From the NCBI GenBank assembly GCA_963745025.1, contig CAVUWD010000016.1, positions 768,001 through 832,000 on the forward strand: 64,000 nucleotides of DNA, read 5' to 3'. The stretch is from an uncultured delta proteobacterium (lineage in GTDB: Bacteria > Desulfobacterota > Binatia > JACPRU01). Under the pieces are notes generated by a model. It searched no databases and was not told where the DNA came from. It saw only the letters and a program-made list of their open reading frames with translations. Both the position numbers and the translations under genes were made by a program. Every line of letters begins with the position of its first letter. Positions within the stretch are counted from its first letter, which is position 1. Shown piece after piece: positions 1 through 13,665 of this stretch.

Positions 1-1268
<1,268 letters not shown>

Positions 1269-1272
<4 letters not shown>

Positions 1273-2263
1273 CGTGGCTGCGCTTCCTTCGGCACGCGCC
1301 GCTTGCGCGCGGCGGCGGGCGCGGCCACGACTTCCACGGTCGTCTCCGGCGGCCGCAGCTCGAGCACTTCGAGGCCTTGCGGCACCGTCGCCTCGATTCG
1401 CTTGGCGTGATAGCCCGGCGCCATTCCGTCGAGGTCGACGTAGAAGTTCTGCGACGACAGGCGCAACTCCCGCACCAGCCGCTGCGGACCGCGGATCGTC
1501 ACATCCACTTTCCGTGGCCGCATGTGATAATCGGGCGGGGGGTTCGTGCACCAATCTCCACGTTGCGAAAATCCTGAGTGGTCACCAGCTCCTCGAGGAG
1601 ACCCCGCACGAGGACGCGATCGGGCGACAGCCGGATCAGTTCCGCGGGGCGCTCGAGCGCGACCGTCTCGTCGAAATTGCCGCTTGTCGGGGCAAGATGC
1701 AACGGCCCGGCCGGGATGTTGCGCAGCGCCTCGACCTGGGCGGCGGGGCCGGTGACCGAGACCTCGGCGGGACGGATTTCGCTTTCGACCACGCGGTAGC
1801 CGGCGGGCACCACCGCCGTCAGGTTCGTGACGACAGGCAGCCTGCGCTCGATGATTCGCTCGACTTCGAGCGTGACCTGCACGGGGCTCAGTCGCGTGAC
1901 GGTCACGCCGCGCGGCAGGTTCAGCATGTCGGTATCGATCTTGAATGACGTGTGTCCGGTCGCCACGTTGCCGAGTTCGATCGCAATTTGCTGCCGGTGC
2001 TCGTCGATCGTGCCGAGGATCGTTCGCGGTCCGCGTAGTCGCACGTCCACCGACTCCGGGATCGGGCTGGTGATCATCAGCTTCGGCGGCAGGTTGCGAA
2101 ACTCGAGCGGCACGATGATGGATCGGTCGGCCTCGCGTGCGCCGAGGTTGACGAAGCCCCAAAGGCCGATCGCGAACGCGATCGAGCCGAGCTTCAGCAG
2201 CCAGTTGTGCACGATCTTGCGGGCGACCGTCTGCCCCAAGCCGCGCCAGTCGGGACTTTTCAT
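1269..2263 (-). CDS. cdaR: CdaR/YbbR-like diadenylate cyclase regulator (one frameshift near 1540)
   Basis: [22 protein letters not shown] helix followed by YbbR-type repeats ([25 protein letters not shown]); lies between cdaA and glmM. Confidence 0.85.
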
Positions 2264-2283
2264 CGGTTTCGGTCCGCTCCGGC

Positions 2284-3037
2284 TCAGATCGCGGACAACT
2301 GCTGCAGGGTATTGCGCAGCGTGCCGGCGTCGAGATCGCGAATGATCTTTCCCTCGCGCACGAGCGAAATCTTCCCCTCCTCCTCCGACACGACCACGAC
2401 GACGGCGTCGGTTTCCTCGGTGAGGCCGATGGCGGCGCGGTGCCGTGTGCCGAGTGTCCTCGAGACGTTCGGATTCCCGGTGAGCGGCAAGAAGCAGCCG
2501 GCGGCGGTGATTCGGCCGTGCTGAATGATCACCGCACCGTCGTGGATCGGCGACGTCGGCGAAAAGATCCGACTGCAGGAGCTCGCGACTGACCCGCGCG
2601 TCGAGCGGTGTGCCCACCTCGATGTACTCGTTCAGGTTCGACATCGCGCTCGAACACGATGAGCGCCCCGATCCTCTTGCGTCGCCAGGAGCACGGCCGA
2701 GCGCACGATCTCCTCGAGCACCTGCCCCTGGGCGACTCGCTCCCCCGCGGAGAACGAGCGCCGCGCACCGACCTGGGTCAGTGCGCGGCGGATGTCGTTC
2801 TGGAAGATCACGACGACGACGAGGATGATCGAGGCGAGAAAGTTGGACAGCACCCAGTTCAGCGTGTTCAGCTCGAAGTACTGCGAGGCGAGGTAGGTCG
2901 CGAAGACGATCAGGAAGCCGATCAGCATCTGGGCCGCGCGCGTGCCGCGGATCAGGTTGATCACGTGGTACGCGATGAAGGCGATGATCGAGATGTCGAC
3001 GACGTCCGAGATCCGCCAGAGGAAACGTCATTGTCGA

Positions 3038-3041
<4 letters not shown>
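2284..3041 (-). CDS. cdaA: Diadenylate cyclase CdaA (frameshifted)
   Basis: LIRGTRAAQML TM region, IFQNDIRRAL, HDGA, GCFLPL, GTRHRAAIGLTEETDA motifs. Confidence 0.92.
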
Positions 3042-5781
<2,740 letters not shown>

Positions 5782-5865
5782 ATTCTCCTCCACCGAGAAC
5801 CGTAACACATAGCATTTTCTGCGGCAACGCATGGCATCGCCGCATGGCATCGCCCGGGATGTCAC

Positions 5866-7212
5866 TCAGCGCACGCGGCGGACCTCGACGACGAGAACGC
5901 GACGCGTCGCGGAGGCAACCGACGCGCGTTCGTCGCGTGCCAGACCGGGCACCCAGAGGATCGCGCCGCCGCTTTCCAGAACGAGCCACGAGCAGCGCTC
6001 CACCCGGGGCACCTTGGCATCGACGAAGACGTCCTGGAGCTTCTTCGTTCCGCCGAGACCGAGCGGACGCAGCCGATCGCCCGGGCGCGGATTGCGCATC
6101 CGGATCCGCGCTCCGTCGAGCGCGGTGAGATCGAAGACCGCACGCCACGGTCCGGGACGCACCCGACGCGCCGACGTTCGCGTCTCGACCCGCCAGCCGG
6201 GGACGCTCACCGTACCCTCGCGCGGCAGCGTCTGCGCAAAGCCGCGCGCGTGCGTCGCGGGCAGGTTCCAATGCAACCGTCCCCCGCTGCGCGTCACCGA
6301 TCCACCGGGGAGAGCGACGCTCTTGCCGTCTCCACGCTCCGCCGCCAGATCTCGCAGCCGCTCCACGTGATGGAGCTCGATGGCGCGGAGATTACCGCGC
6401 GAAGACACGAGCCAGCGGCGGAGCATCCGACGCTGGAGCGCGGCCGGCGCGCGACGCAGGAGCGCGCACTCGAGACCAAGCGCCGGGTCACTGCGACTGC
6501 GTCGCCGCGCTGAGCCCTCCAGCACGGCTTCGTCGTCTCGCGAGAGCTCGGCCAGCCGTGCGAGGGCGACCCGGATGGCGGGATTGAAGTCGCGCTCGAG
6601 AAGCGGCAGCAGACGATGGCGGATACGGTTGCGCGTGAAGCGACCGACCGCGTTCGAGCGGTCGACGCGGTAGCGACGCTTCCGCTTCTGCAAGTAGGCC
6701 AGCACCTCGGTGCGGGAGACGTCGAGAAACGGCCGGATCACGCCATCGGCACGCTTCGGCTGGATGCCGCCGAGGCCGCCGATGCCCGCGCCGCGAATGA
6801 GACGATGAAGCACGGTCTCGGCCTGGTCGTCGAGCGTGTGCCCGGTGGCGATACGGCGGAATCGCTCGCGGGCGGCGACTGCGAGCAATGCCTGATACCG
6901 CGCCTCGCGCGCCCGCTCCTCGAGATTCGCCCGTCCCGTGATCCTCGCGTCGACGGCGTGGAACTCGCAGCCGAGACGCGCGGCGAGGCACGCGACGAAG
7001 GCTTGGTCGCGATCGGAATCGCGCCCGCGCAGGTGGTGATTGACGTGAGCGACGCCCACCCGCCGCGACCCGCCATCCAGCTCGGTCAGCGCGGCGAGGA
7101 GCGCGACGGAGTCTGGCCCACCCGATACCGCCACCAGCACCGAGTCATCCGCCTCGAGAAGCGAATGGCGCCGGATCGAGCGTGCGACCTTGCGGAGAAC
7201 CGGGTCGTTCAT
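5866..7212 (-). CDS. tilS: tRNA(Ile)-lysidine synthetase
   Basis: VAVSGGPDS, ATGHTLDDQAET, IRPFL, C-terminal GDRLRPLGLGGTKKLQDVF. Confidence 0.93.
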   Translation of the reverse strand: MNDPVLRKVARSIRRHSLLEADDSVLVAVSGGPDSVALLAALTELDGGSRRVGVAHVNHHLRGRDSDRDQAFVACLAARLGCEFHAVDARITGRANLEERAREARYQALLAVAARERFRRIATGHTLDDQAETVLHRLIRGAGIGGLGGIQPKRADGVIRPFLDVSRTEVLAYLQKRKRRYRVDRSNAVGRFTRNRIRHRLLPLLERDFNPAIRVALARLAELSRDDEAVLEGSARRRSRSDPALGLECALLRRAPAALQRRMLRRWLVSSRGNLRAIELHHVERLRDLAAERGDGKSVALPGGSVTRSGGRLHWNLPATHARGFAQTLPREGTVSVPGWRVETRTSARRVRPGPWRAVFDLTALDGARIRMRNPRPGDRLRPLGLGGTKKLQDVFVDAKVPRVERCSWLVLESGGAILWVPGLARDERASVASATRRVLVVEVRRVR

Positions 7213-7308
7213 GGGCGTCTCCAGAGTCCTCTGGCGCGGCCGAGGAGGCAAGGATGGCAAGGATGGCGGCTTGCGGGATTCGCTGCGGGGCGGTATTTTC
7301 CCTCGATC

Positions 7309-7968
7309 GTGCGCGTGCTTTTGTTGTCGCTGCTGTTGAGCGTTCCGGTCATCGCCGCGGAGAACCCGGAGCTCCCGGCCGGCCTTCCACCGACGCGAAG
7401 CGCCGACGAGCGCCGCGCGGTGCTCGAGCTGATGAAGCAGAACCGTCAGAAGTACGGCGAGGATGCCGCTCTTCTGCAGGGCTTGCTGCTTACCCACGCG
7501 CTACAGGGTGAAGCCGTCCTGACCACGGAATCGACGATCGTCGGGTTCGAAGAGCACGAGGGCCACAAGTACGTCACGTTCCGCCTTGCCAGTGGCATCG
7601 TCCTCAACGACAAGTCGCTCGATCGCGAGCAACGGCTCGAGCGCATCTGGCACCTCATCCTCGAACGAACCCTCCTCCGCTATCCGAAGTTCAGCGCGCC
7701 CGCCGACGGTGTGGCGATCGAGATCGAGTACAGCCATCGCCCGTACCAACAGCTCGACGACCTCTACAACGAGACCGACGATACCGGCACGGTCGAGCGC
7801 GCGAAGTTCTACATGCTTTCCTCCGACCTGACCGAGCTTCTCGCTCACCAGCTCGGAACGCAGGACTTCCTCGAGCGCTCGCGCGTCTTGGTCGACAATC
7901 AACCGGCAAAGCTCCGGCTCATGGAAGTGTCGCTGCCGCCGCGACCGCCGACCGCCGAGCGTCGCTGA
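7309..7968 (+). CDS. Hypothetical secreted protein, divergent from tilS
   Basis: GTG start, signal-peptide-like VRVLLLSLLLSVPVIAA, globular composition, ~219 aa. Confidence 0.7.
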   Translation: MRVLLLSLLLSVPVIAAENPELPAGLPPTRSADERRAVLELMKQNRQKYGEDAALLQGLLLTHALQGEAVLTTESTIVGFEEHEGHKYVTFRLASGIVLNDKSLDREQRLERIWHLILERTLLRYPKFSAPADGVAIEIEYSHRPYQQLDDLYNETDDTGTVERAKFYMLSSDLTELLAHQLGTQDFLERSRVLVDNQPAKLRLMEVSLPPRPPTAERR

Positions 7969-8144
7969 TCGGGCGGCGACCGCCCCAGCGCACGACCCGC
8001 CGCGCCTCGACTCTCGAAGCATCCTCCCGTTCCGCCGCCGAGCGCCAGTCCTTCAAGAGCTACGGAGCGCTGCTCGAGTGCGCCTAGCCACTCGAGCCGG
8101 CAAGCCCCTGGACAGACGCACGAGCGTCCGGTAGCCCACTGATT

Positions 8145-8191
8145 TCAAGCGCGGCGGCGTAGCTCAGGTGGCTAGAGCGAGGGTCTCATAA
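8145..8191 (+). repeat. Orphan 5' half of tRNA-Met plus 8 bp of leader (left junction of element A)
   Basis: 47 bp tcaagcgcggcggcgtagctcaggtggctagagcgagggtctcataa identical to 13584-13630; diverges right after the anticodon loop. Confidence 0.95.
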
Positions 8192-8326
8192 GACAACCCG
8201 AGCCGCGCCGCTCGTGTATCACCGAGAGATATTGAGAGCGATAAGCCGCAATCTATCAGGCTTTCCGCTCCGTCGATAAATACCGCGTCACTTCTCATCG
8301 CACTCGATATTCGCGCTTATCAGTGT

Positions 8327-8341
8327 CGAACAACTACCCGA
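8327..8341 (+). repeat. Putative integrase arm-type site of element A (second copy 13528-13542)
   Basis: cgaacaactacccga occurs inside both ends of element A in direct orientation. Confidence 0.6.
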
Positions 8342-8398
8342 TCGGGGCGAACTAGAGCCGGGGGGTCGCTGGCTCCAAGGTAGGCAATCGTTGCCTGC

Positions 8399-8698
8399 TT
8401 GACGCAGCGGGCTCCTCTGCGGTTCTATTGCCCGTTGAGCCTTCACTTCCTTCGCGCCGAGCACCATGAAGTTTCTCGGTCAACCGCCGAGCAACGACTC
8501 TGGACTGCGGCCCTCCGCGACGCACTGAAAATCTGCCGCGGCGAAACGCCCGCTTCGAACGACGACAGGCGAAGAGCTATGGCCTGGATCGCTCGCAGGT
8601 CGGACGACGTGGCTAGTTTCGACTGGTGCTGCCGCGCGCTTGGGATCGAGCCTGCCGCTGCGCATGCCTGCCTCGGTGAGCAATGGTCCAAGGCGTAG
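8399..8698 (+). CDS. Small helical hypothetical protein (start uncertain)
   Basis: EQRLWTAALRDA...AMAWI...SFDWCCRALGIEP looks like a conserved uncharacterised family. Confidence 0.55.
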   Translation: MTQRAPLRFYCPLSLHFLRAEHHEVSRSTAEQRLWTAALRDALKICRGETPASNDDRRRAMAWIARRSDDVASFDWCCRALGIEPAAAHACLGEQWSKA

Positions 8699-8770
8699 GC
8701 AAGGACCACCTATACCTGTCCAACCGACCGGTCCTCGCGCCTTCCGAACCTTCCGCCAGGCTGTGCTGTC

Positions 8771-9073
8771 CTAGTTCGGCCCGGAGTGTCCTAGTTTGAC
8801 GGGTGGAGTGTCCTGCTTTGCGAGGCGGGGATCGTCGCTAGCGATACATAACGCCCAGCTCTCTGCACCACGTGCGGCTTTCGTCGGGCACTTGCTGTCC
8901 AGGTATTTACGCATCTGCGTCTGATCGGCCATGCACTTTTCCGCCGAATCGTAACTGCTCCTGATATCCCACTTCGATAACGGTACGCTGAGAACGACTT
9001 TCGCCTTGTGGATAGGAGGCGTCGTTAAGTACCACCCGAGAAGGGCGAGCGCGGCGACGTGGCGACGGATCAT
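8771..9073 (-). CDS. Small secreted hypothetical protein
   Basis: Signal-like MIRRHVAALALLGWYL; SYDSAEKC and CIASDDPRL motifs. Confidence 0.65.
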   Translation of the reverse strand: MIRRHVAALALLGWYLTTPPIHKAKVVLSVPLSKWDIRSSYDSAEKCMADQTQMRKYLDSKCPTKAARGAESWALCIASDDPRLAKQDTPPVKLGHSGPN

Positions 9074-9645
9074 GCCGACAAGCCTAGCACTCGAGCTGGG
9101 TTTCGTCTCCTCAGAACAAACCCCTATCCGGTAGGTTCACGGGCGCGGTATCCCAATTTGCCCAGCGGGTGTCCTACTTAGGACAGCCCCAGGCTGAGCG
9201 CGTCGCTCCGTGGGCGATTGAAGCCGGAGCGGCACGCCGAAGGTGCTGCCGCCGATCACGGTCAACGGAGTAGGTTTTCGCCGCCTCAACATTGCTCGAG
9301 ACGGCGGAGGGCGGGTTGCTGGTGCGCGGGTAGCGTCGCAGATTTTCGACCGCATGAGGGGTTTCCCTTATTGGCGGAACGCACCACCTGCGGTAAAGCG
9401 ACGCCACTTCTGCCCTGGCGGGGGGCAGGATGACAGAGCGATCCGCTCATCATGCCCCCCGCCACCCCGCCCGCGTAGTTGAAGAGGCGGGCAACCCTTA
9501 CCTTTTATCACCGAGGCACGACAGCATGATCCTCGTCATCTCCATCGGCCTGGGCCTTCGCGATTGCTTCCGAACCTTGCGTCCGCGAACCCGCCGCGCG
9601 AGCGACGCTCCGCGAACGAGTGAAACCGGGGCGGCGCCATGAAGA

Positions 9646-10038
9646 ATGCTACCGCCTCACGTCGTAGAGGTCGCCTACGGGCTCTACTCGTGCGAGCGCG
9701 GCTACTTCATCCGGCAAGGCCAGTGCATCCCGTTCGAAGAGATCCCGCACGGACCCGTCGTCGAGGTCTCGAGCCTGCCCTCGGCCGGCGACGGGGCGCC
9801 AGGAACTTGTCCGAGCGGCGGCTGCGGCTCTTTCGCGGCGCCCTCCTTTGACCTTGGCGGCCATCGGAGATTCTATCTCGCGAGCCAACGCGACGAGTGC
9901 GCCCGCGATCACCGAGAGCAGCAGCCACCCGAGCCACGTCGAGCACCCGCCGCAGGCGAGGGTCTTCCGGTAATAGAGCCCACCGCGGCCCGCGGCGACG
10001 TAAGGCCCGCCATCGGCCCGCTACTGTGTCCCACCTAG
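9646..10038 (+). CDS. Hypothetical Cys-containing protein (boundaries uncertain)
   Basis: YSCERGYFIRQGQCIPFEE...CPSGGCG looks coding; the 3' part is doubtful. Confidence 0.4.
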   Translation: MLPPHVVEVAYGLYSCERGYFIRQGQCIPFEEIPHGPVVEVSSLPSAGDGAPGTCPSGGCGSFAAPSFDLGGHRRFYLASQRDECARDHREQQPPEPRRAPAAGEGLPVIEPTAARGDVRPAIGPLLCPT

Positions 10039-10311
10039 GCCGGGCGGTAGTGATTTTGGCACCGGTGTCCCGCTGGCGCGTGCTCTGGCCTTGTCCATCT
10101 CGTCTATCGTGTCACGAGCGGCGTTAGGCGTGGGCTTAGGCGTGCCCGGTCTTTGCCGACGTCCGGAGCCCGCAGGGGATTGCCCAATTCCGCTTGAATT
10201 AGTGAAGGTTCCGGGCGCCTCCGGAATCTGAGCGAGGGCGACGCCCCGTGAAGGCGTGTTGGCAGCCGCCAGCGTGAGCACCATTGCCAGTGGGACACTT
10301 TTGAATCTCAT
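10021..10311 (-). CDS. Small secreted protein, tandem paralogue 1
   Basis: Signal peptide then AQIPEAPG...ARDTIDE...RASGTP; GGAGG before the ATG. Confidence 0.7.
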   Translation of the reverse strand: MRFKSVPLAMVLTLAAANTPSRGVALAQIPEAPGTFTNSSGIGQSPAGSGRRQRPGTPKPTPNAARDTIDEMDKARARASGTPVPKSLPPGLGGTQ

Positions 10312-10380
10312 GGTTGCCTCCTTCTCCCACGCGCGAGGCGTGGCTTGCTCGAAGCCGTCGCCGAACATCGCGTTGCTCAG

Positions 10381-10701
10381 TCAAAACTTTGGTGTCGGCT
10401 CTGGCTCCGGTGTACCGCTGGCCCGTTCCCTGGCCCTTTCAAATTCGTCGATCGTGTCACGAGCGGGGTCGGGCGCGGGTTCGTTGGATTTAGGCGTCGC
10501 CCATTTTTTTGGAGGGCGCTTTGTCTTGAAATCGCCGCCGCCCTCGCCGTCGTCACTCAACCCGCCCCCGGCTGAATCTGAGAAGCTTCCGGGCGCCTCC
10601 GGAATCTGAGCGACGGCGATGCGCTGTGAAAGCGGGTTGAGCGCCGCAAGGGCGACCATCGTTGCCAGTAGATAGAAACGCCCCACACTCCTGAATCTCA
10701 T
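10381..10701 (-). CDS. Small secreted protein, tandem paralogue 2
   Basis: Signal peptide then AQIPEAPG...ARDTIDE...RASGTP; GGAGG before the ATG. Confidence 0.7.
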   Translation of the reverse strand: MRFRSVGRFYLLATMVALAALNPLSQRIAVAQIPEAPGSFSDSAGGGLSDDGEGGGDFKTKRPPKKWATPKSNEPAPDPARDTIDEFERARERASGTPEPEPTPKF

Positions 10702-10797
10702 CGTAAGATACCTCCCCCCCACGTGCCAGGCGTCGCCTGCTCGAAGCCGTCGCCGAACATCATGGCACCTATCACTTCCCCCGGTTCTTCTCGCGGA

Positions 10798-11335
10798 TCA
10801 CTGCTCCGCTACGGGGACCACGTCCCACGTGATCCGATAGTCCGGCGCGTCCCAGCCGAGCACCTCGAAGGAGAACGTGCCCTGCGCGCCAGGGACCAAG
10901 GTCGACGGCGCCACAGCCTGACACCGGCGCCCATACTCGATACAGATCTGCACGCCGTAGACGGGGAACTCGGCGCCGTTCGCCACTGTGCCCTCGAACA
11001 ACCGGCCGTTTCGGTACTGCTTCACCACCCATGCTCTGGATAGCGACCGCGGTGATCTCCCTGCGGCGCTCAAGTTCCTTTTCCCTCGCCGCGTCTGCCG
11101 CTGCCCTGGCCGCCTCCTCTGCCGGCGGCGCTGGCGTAGGCGTCGCCAAGAACTCGCCCGGTTTCCACGATGAGCCAGCCTCGCCGCCGGTACTCGGCCG
11201 CACGCTCCCGACCGGAACACAATCCTCCGGCGGCGTCGGCCCGACGTACAGGCTGCCGTCGCGCTTCTTGCACTTCGCCATCTCGGCGTTGGCGATCGTG
11301 GCCGCCGCGAGCACTATCGTCACGAGCCCCTTCAT
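10798..11335 (-). CDS. Secreted hypothetical protein (DUF4124-like N-terminus, beta-sandwich-like C-terminus; frameshift near 11030)
   Basis: MKGLVTIVLAAATIANAEMAKCKKRDGSLYVGPTPP continues as FEGTVANGAEFPVYGVQI...LVPGAQGTFSF in another frame. Confidence 0.55.
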
Positions 11336-11693
11336 GGTGGAGTGCCTCATCGAAGGGTTCGGTGGCCTCCTTCTCGCGCAGCCTCGCTCCAAGAAAGGTA
11401 AGAGCATGGCGACCACCAAAAGCTAGTCCCGACGAGGTTCCCAGAGCCCTTGCTTGCCGCGCTCCCAATCGAGTACCCAGCCGGCGACGCTACCGGGCTT
11501 TGTCTCGGGCGCCAGTATTTCGCTCTGGATCTCGCTCAAGCTCCTGCCTGCCTTCCACAGCGCGAATGCCGGCTCCTTGCTCTATCTCCCTTGGGCATGA
11601 CCGACCTCCAGTCCTCTCGGATCTACGGGGTGCCGAGACGGAGTCGGTTTAGCTCATCCGGCACGACAAGCTCAAAGACTTGCCCGGCCACGT

Positions 11694-12900
11694 TTAGACG
11701 TTCAACTGCACGCCCGCAGACCGCACGCGCCTCTGCGGCGGGAGATTCTGCTCGCTAGGCCGGATCGTGCCGACCTTCATCCCATTGGCAAGCGACGCCA
11801 GACGCTCGGACTCGCGAGACAGCGATAGACCCATCGACAGCAAGCCCGCGAGCGCGGCGACGTTCAGAACCTTGCAGTCGAGCGCCTCGTTCCGCGCCCG
11901 CGTCTTCACCCAGATCCGCCGCGGATGCCCGTGGTGGTATTTCGTGATGACCTTCTCGCTCGTCAGTTGCTCGAAGTACTCGACGTCGTAGTGATCGGGG
12001 AAGTGAAAGCTCGCCGGCTGCCCGATCGGCAACCGCAGGCGCGCGAAGATCAGCTCCTTCGCGGAGTCCACGCCGATCAGGAAGAGCGGCACCTTGCCGA
12101 CGTTGTTTCGCGTCGGCTTCCGCGGCCAGACCGGCCTCGATCCGCCCACACCTTTCGTCGCCCACACGCGCCGGCCGAAGCGCTCGCGAGCGAAGCTGTA
12201 CACGGCCTGGGTGAAGTCGCCCATCGCGTCGCAGCACGCCGCCGCGACCGGGAGCACGCCGCCGTCCGCGCGCCTTCTCTGTTCAAGCAGTAGCGCGTCG
12301 AGATCCCGCCACGATGTGTTCGTCGACGGATCGCCGCGGATCGTTCTGAAGTCGAGCGACCAGCATTGCTCGGACGAATCCCACCCGCAGAACTCGACCT
12401 CGAGCCTGTCGTCCTGCGTGTCGATTCCGGCCGTGATGACCACCACACCAGCAGGAACTTCTGGGCCATAGAGTGCTCGCGCCGGGAAAGCAGGCTCGTC
12501 TCGTCGAATTGCTCGCCCTTCTCCTCGTAGGTCTCCCCGAGACTCAACGTCACAAACGTTTTCAACTGTTCCGGGTAGTCCTTCGCCTGCAAGAACATCG
12601 TCGCGAGCTCGGCGAGCTTCACCCACGGCGAGTACAGCGCCGAGAGATGAAAACCGGCCGTGCCGTTGAAAGGCCGCCGCACGCCACGTCCCGAGGTGCA
12701 CCGCGGCGAGCCGCTGGTCGTCGTTCCACTTCGCGCCGCAGGACTCGCAGCGGTAGGTGGCCGTCTCGGGCAGGTGGTTGCCGCTCTCGCTCTTGTCCCA
12801 CTTGATCTGAGCCCATCGAAGCGCCTGCTCGTGCACGCAGGCGCCGCACGGCACGTGATAGCGTCTCTGGTCGCTTGTCTCGAAGGCCGCCTCGATCCGG
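11694..12900 (-). pseudogene. Lambda GpA-like terminase large subunit, C-terminal part
   Basis: RIEAAFETSDQRRYHVPC, GFHLSALYSPW, ITAGIDTQDDRLE, LIGVDSAK, YFEQLTSE, RNEALDC; N-terminus missing. Confidence 0.9.
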
Positions 12901-13038
12901 GCGGATGAGGTGGACCACTTCAGGCCGAGCGCGGGCAGCGAGGGCGATCCGATCGAGTTAGCCAAGCGGCGCACGTCGAATTTCTGGAACAGAATGCACA
13001 TTCTGACGAGCACGCCGACGATCAAAGGCGAGAGCCGG
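12897..13038 (+). pseudogene. Inverted fragment of the same terminase (Walker B region)
   Basis: Plus strand encodes ADEVDHFRPSAGSEGDPIELAKRRTSNFWNRMHILTSTPTIKGESR, which normally precedes IEAAFE. Confidence 0.85.
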
Positions 13039-13164
13039 TCGGGACAGCGGGCGAAAAGAGACCTTCGGAGGGTGCGGAAGAGATCCTCGCGCAGGATCTC
13101 GACGTAGATGATCACGGTGCCGCTCCCGACGACCGCTCGCTCATGGAACACGCCGTCATCGTCG

Positions 13165-13581
13165 ACACAAAAAAGGCCGGGATATCTACCTGCCCGCGGA
13201 AGTACGCGCCGTGCTCGAGGTGCAATGGACCGAACGCCAGGCGAATTACCCGGCCTGCTCGCTCGTCTTCCACCATGGCGGCGAACGGATCTTGTCGTTC
13301 TACAAGGCCTGGTATAAGGCCTGCGATTCGGCAGGGGTCGGGAAGAAAGTACCGCACGACTTCCGACCGGAGCGCGGTCCGGAACATGGTCCGGGCGGGA
13401 ATCGCGGAGCGGGCTGCGATGGAGATGGCAGGACACAAGACGAGGGCGATCTTCGACCGCTACCACATCGTCAGCAACGGCGATCTAACGGGAGGCGGCG
13501 AAGCGCCTGGATGCGGCTTTGAGCTCGCGAACAACTACCCGAGGCACCGAAACGACAGGCGAGCCCGAAATTATCCACTAA
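13165..13581 (+). pseudogene. Tyrosine integrase C-terminal remnant of element A
   Basis: FYKAWYKAC...PHDFR / SAVRNMVRAG...AGHKTRAIFDRY catalytic motifs across frameshifts; stops 10 bp before the tRNA. Confidence 0.88.
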
Positions 13582-13591
13582 AATCAAGCGC

Positions 13592-13665
13592 GGCGGCGTA
13601 GCTCAGGTGGCTAGAGCGAGGGTCTCATAATCCCTAGGTCCGTGGTTCGAGTCCACGCGCCGCCA
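13592..13665 (+). tRNA. tRNA-Met (CAT), probably elongator
   Basis: Cloverleaf GGCGGCG-TA-GCTC...GAGC-G-AGGGT-CTCATAA-TCCCT...CGTGG-TTCGAGT-CCACG-CGCCGCC-A; paired G1-C72 argues against initiator; Ile2 not fully excluded. Confidence 0.93.

Larger units (their letters stand above)
8145..13630. mobile_element. Decayed prophage-like integrative element A inserted in tRNA-Met, carrying the replacement 5' half
   Basis: 47 bp terminal direct repeats, integrase remnant at right end, terminase remnant, 15 bp repeat cgaacaactacccga near both ends. Confidence 0.88.

Noticed and set aside
5829-5854. 13 bp tandem duplication gcatggcatcgcc upstream of ftsH (also a 9 bp duplication near 7250)
   Set aside because: Only two units and no recognisable operator (not CIRCE); too weak to interpret.
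11694-13466. 590 aa ORF as one real protein
   Set aside because: It is a chance fusion of antisense integrase, the inverted segment and terminase pieces.
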